Positions 10,887 through 13,255 of a stretch of DNA of 13,255 bases are shown here, piece by piece. The stretch's first letter is position 1. Each line of letters opens with the position of its first letter. The notes below the pieces were generated by a model. That model was not told the DNA's origin, made no database searches, and was given only the letters and a program-made list of their open reading frames with translations. This DNA comes from Paraspadella gotoi (taxonomy: Eukaryota; Animalia; Chaetognatha): positions 1 to 13,255 of the forward strand of contig JBJCIZ010001108.1 of the NCBI GenBank assembly GCA_051294375.1, written 5' to 3'. Made by a program: the position numbers and the translations under genes.

Positions 10887-11128
10887 GATGTATGGTGGAC
10901 TAAAATCAACCAAACCGTTGCCATCAGCGGGCCATTGGTCCGGAGGCAAGTCATTCGCCTCCGCAACCCAAAGGTCCGGGTTCTATCCCGGTGGTCGTCT
11001 GGCAGTAAGAGGGACGGGGGCTCTAACCGCCTTGTAACAGGTGTGACAGCTGATCCGGAAGCTCAGGGACTGCTTATATTGAACGGGTCTGTCACTAACA
11101 CATTTCAATAATTACTGCTCTTCAATGG
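10887..11128. repeat. Diverged direct repeat, copy B (~242 bp)
   Basis: Shares blocks such as ggtggactaaaatc, gaagctcagggac, tctgtcactaa and cacatttcaataattactg with copy A, offset by ~390-395 nt. Confidence 0.9.
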
Positions 11129-11292
11129 CATTTTTTTCGCTGAAGGTGTTATATCAAGATTTCGTCTTCTTGAGAAACTGCAAGAATGCTGCAACTTAAT
11201 TTTTGAAGGCGTAATTTATGAAAGATAAAAAAAGTGGGTGTTAATCACAGACAGGTTTTTCTATCATTAAAAAATTGTTCATAGCATCGACG

Positions 11293-11309
11293 ACAACAAC
11301 AACAACAAC
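11293..11309. repeat. (CAA)5 microsatellite
   Basis: acaacaacaacaacaac read directly. Confidence 0.75.
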
Positions 11310-11391
11310 CAGCACAGATCCTACGTTTTCTTTGGTGTCAGTTTCTCTGGCTCTCCTGGTACGTACGTTACGTTACTTAATGCTTAGTTGC

Positions 11392-12084
11392 TTACTTGAA
11401 AGCGTTCTCTTTTCCAAGTAAATAAAATTTTTTATTAATCCACTTTTTGATCATAGACGAATCCACCCGATGATTCTTCGAGTGATTTTTCTTTATCCTT
11501 GATTCGTCCGATATCCAATTTTTCAACAAACGAATATTATCAAGCTTCTTAAGCTCCACCACAGAAGGATAGACAAGCTCCTTTTTTTTCCTTGGATCCC
11601 TCAAGAGGACATCATCGATAGGGAGAACAGGAATGCGCAGAGTGGACTTTTTCTTCTTAGAAGAAGAGCGTGTTGGAGGCGAAAGGAGGCCACCCGATGC
11701 ACTCCCATCATTAAGAACAGATTCTTTACTACTATGAGACGTCATTTTTTGCGTGACACGTCCGTAAGGGGTGGTCTCAACGTTGGAGGCGGATTTAGAG
11801 CGGTCTTTTCGCAAGACCCCAGAATTTTCAGATAAAGCGTCCGACGTCTTTGAAACAGTGCTGGTAAATGAATCTGTGGAAGATGACGGTTTGGCGAAAG
11901 ACGCATGAAATTCATCCCCAGGATTGAAGCTTAGCATCCGTGGGAGGCAGGATTTCGCAGAAAGACGTGATTTTTTCTTAAGACAATATAATAGTTTTTT
12001 AATTAACAGGGGGTATGTGGATATCTTAACATTAAACAAGGAACGGCAATTCAAAGTTGTTACGCCGTAATCACTTATTCTCAT
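11392..12084 (-). CDS. Hypothetical Ser/Lys-rich, probably disordered protein (230 aa, or shorter from the internal MLSFNPG start); may be an exon or a TE/viral accessory ORF
   Basis: Longest ORF in the window, with a true ATG start and an interior more GC-rich than the flanks. Basic NLS-like patches (SSSKKKKS, DPRKKKE). No domain recognised. Confidence 0.4.
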   Translation of the reverse strand: MRISDYGVTTLNCRSLFNVKISTYPLLIKKLLYCLKKKSRLSAKSCLPRMLSFNPGDEFHASFAKPSSSTDSFTSTVSKTSDALSENSGVLRKDRSKSASNVETTPYGRVTQKMTSHSSKESVLNDGSASGGLLSPPTRSSSKKKKSTLRIPVLPIDDVLLRDPRKKKELVYPSVVELKKLDNIRLLKNWISDESRIKKNHSKNHRVDSSMIKKWINKKFYLLGKENAFK

Positions 12085-12319
12085 TATTACAAATGTTCAC
12101 CTAACTATTGGTTAACTTTACTATTCGACGTCCGCAACCAACTTTAAGTACCAGCGGTCGGTGCTTTGTTAATACATTTAATTTTGTTTTCCCTCAAGCG
12201 TTGAGTCTTCGTTTGCACAGTACTAATATACAACTTTTTAAATTTTATAATAAATAATAATTTTTAAATTTTATTTTTATTGATATTTTTGTTAAATTGT
12301 TTGTTGATATACAACTAGT

Positions 12320-12366
12320 TTTATTAAGAAACATAAATTTCGGACTTCAATGTAAGCCTTCATCAG
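12320..12366 (-). ncRNA. Minimal hammerhead-ribozyme-like motif plus AATAAA (Penelope-like element pLTR signature), probably degenerate
   Basis: The minus strand reads CTGATGA-a-ggctt-acattg-aagtc-c-GAAA-tttatg...AATAAA. Both core boxes are intact (12366-12360 and 12341-12338), and stem II has 5 bp (one G-U) after an A.C mismatch. AATAAA is at 12325-12320. Stems I and III do not pair convincingly. Confidence 0.55.
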
Positions 12367-12478
12367 CGCAAAAACGAATTGACTTGTGAAACAAATATTT
12401 TTAGAGACTCTCTTCAAACTTTATTAAAATATTTGTTTCACAAATCAATTCGTTTTTGCGCTTATGAAGGCTTGCATT
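12349..12478. repeat. 53-bp inverted repeat with 24-nt spacer (long hairpin)
   Basis: 12349-12401 is the reverse complement of 12426-12478, with 3 differences in 53 positions. Confidence 0.95.
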
Positions 12479-12499
12479 AAGGGATGGACTGAGGCAAAT

Positions 12500-13180
12500 A
12501 TTTTTTCTTAAATAGGTAATAGAAAATTTTTTGGTTTACCTAGTAGTTAACTGAATAAAAGTTGGCAATTTTAATTGAGGAAAGGATCCTTTAAAACTAA
12601 GATATAACTGATAAACTTACTGATCTAATTTGCTTTAAAGAGAAATGTTATCTTTAATAATTTGAAGCCAAATGATATTAATTTATATTGTATCTAATTG
12701 TATTCTATTGTAAGTCTAACCTTGAGTTGCTCCCTCTATTTCCAGAATACAACACTGACCTCCTTCTCCCAAAATGAAATTGCAAATCTCTTTAAATGTA
12801 TGCATCCTTATTGTTATTATAATTTTTTTTATTATCTGTTAATTTTTTTATTTATCAATGAATTAATTTTCTTTAATAATTTTATTAGTTATGGGTCTGG
12901 TAGTAGCCAAGTAATTTACATATTTAATGCTGATTCTCATATTTCATACCATCTGGGAAAAGTATTTTTGGGCTTATAGTAATAACAAATTGAAAATATA
13001 GTTGATAACGAAATTAAAACAATAAAAGAAAAATATATTGTTTTATTTATCTTTAAAAATAAATATAAGCAAAATATTTTGATTCAGAAATTGCCTATCT
13101 TAATTAAGAAAATTCATTTCTTTACCTAGGAAATTTCAGTAACACTTTGCTCAGTTAATCAGGCAAAATATTACCTAAGT
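12500..13180. mobile_element. Degenerate foldback/MITE-like element with internally repetitive inverted arms
   Basis: taggtaata (12513-21) and tattaccta (13169-77) are exact inverted copies. taactgataaacttactga (12605-23) resembles the reverse complement of 13136-13157 (taactgagcaaagtgttactga), with patchy similarity continuing inward. tttaccta/ttaccta units recur at 12535, 13121 and 13171. Confidence 0.35.
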
Positions 13181-13255
13181 TCACCCCTTATTTCTTAAGC
13201 GTTTTAAATTTTTTCTGATGTTCAAAGACATGTTAAAATATAACTTATATCTGTT

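Noticed and set aside
10597-11111. Plus-strand ORFs of 146 and 109 aa
   Set aside because: They run across the duplicated block, whose two copies do not preserve frame. No recognisable domain.
12698-12979. 93-aa hydrophobic ORF
   Set aside because: TTG start and T-rich low-complexity sequence inside a probable repeat remnant.
1-13255. Prokaryotic defence/CRISPR/operon system or an alternative genetic code
   Set aside because: Coding density is very low and there are no repeat-spacer arrays. Broken frames contain TAA, TAG and TGA alike, so no single stop reassignment opens them.

Overview
AT-rich eukaryotic, essentially non-coding DNA. It is most likely arthropod/insect; this is an inference from GACA/GAAC-type microsatellite elements and TTAGG motifs. 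There is no operon-like organisation, no rRNA/tRNA, no CRISPR array and no protein I can name. The window reads as a patchwork of transposable-element debris and GC-richer, probably decayed coding-like islands. Clearest structures: (1) a ~210-nt GC-rich island at 8064-8274 that is almost entirely seven consecutive hairpins; (2) a 53-bp inverted repeat at 12349-12478 whose left arm overlaps a minus-strand hammerhead-ribozyme core (CUGAUGA-stem II-GAAA) followed by AATAAA, as in Penelope-like retroelement pLTRs; (3) a ~240-bp diverged direct repeat (10497-10733/10887-11128) whose differences are mainly 1-nt indels, so it may be a long-read assembly artefact; (4) an orphan 230-codon Ser/Lys-rich ORF (11392-12084, -); (5) several MITE-, foldback- or DINE-1-like remnants. 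I cannot support a new multi-gene system from this sequence. The best novelty candidates are the structured RNA elements.
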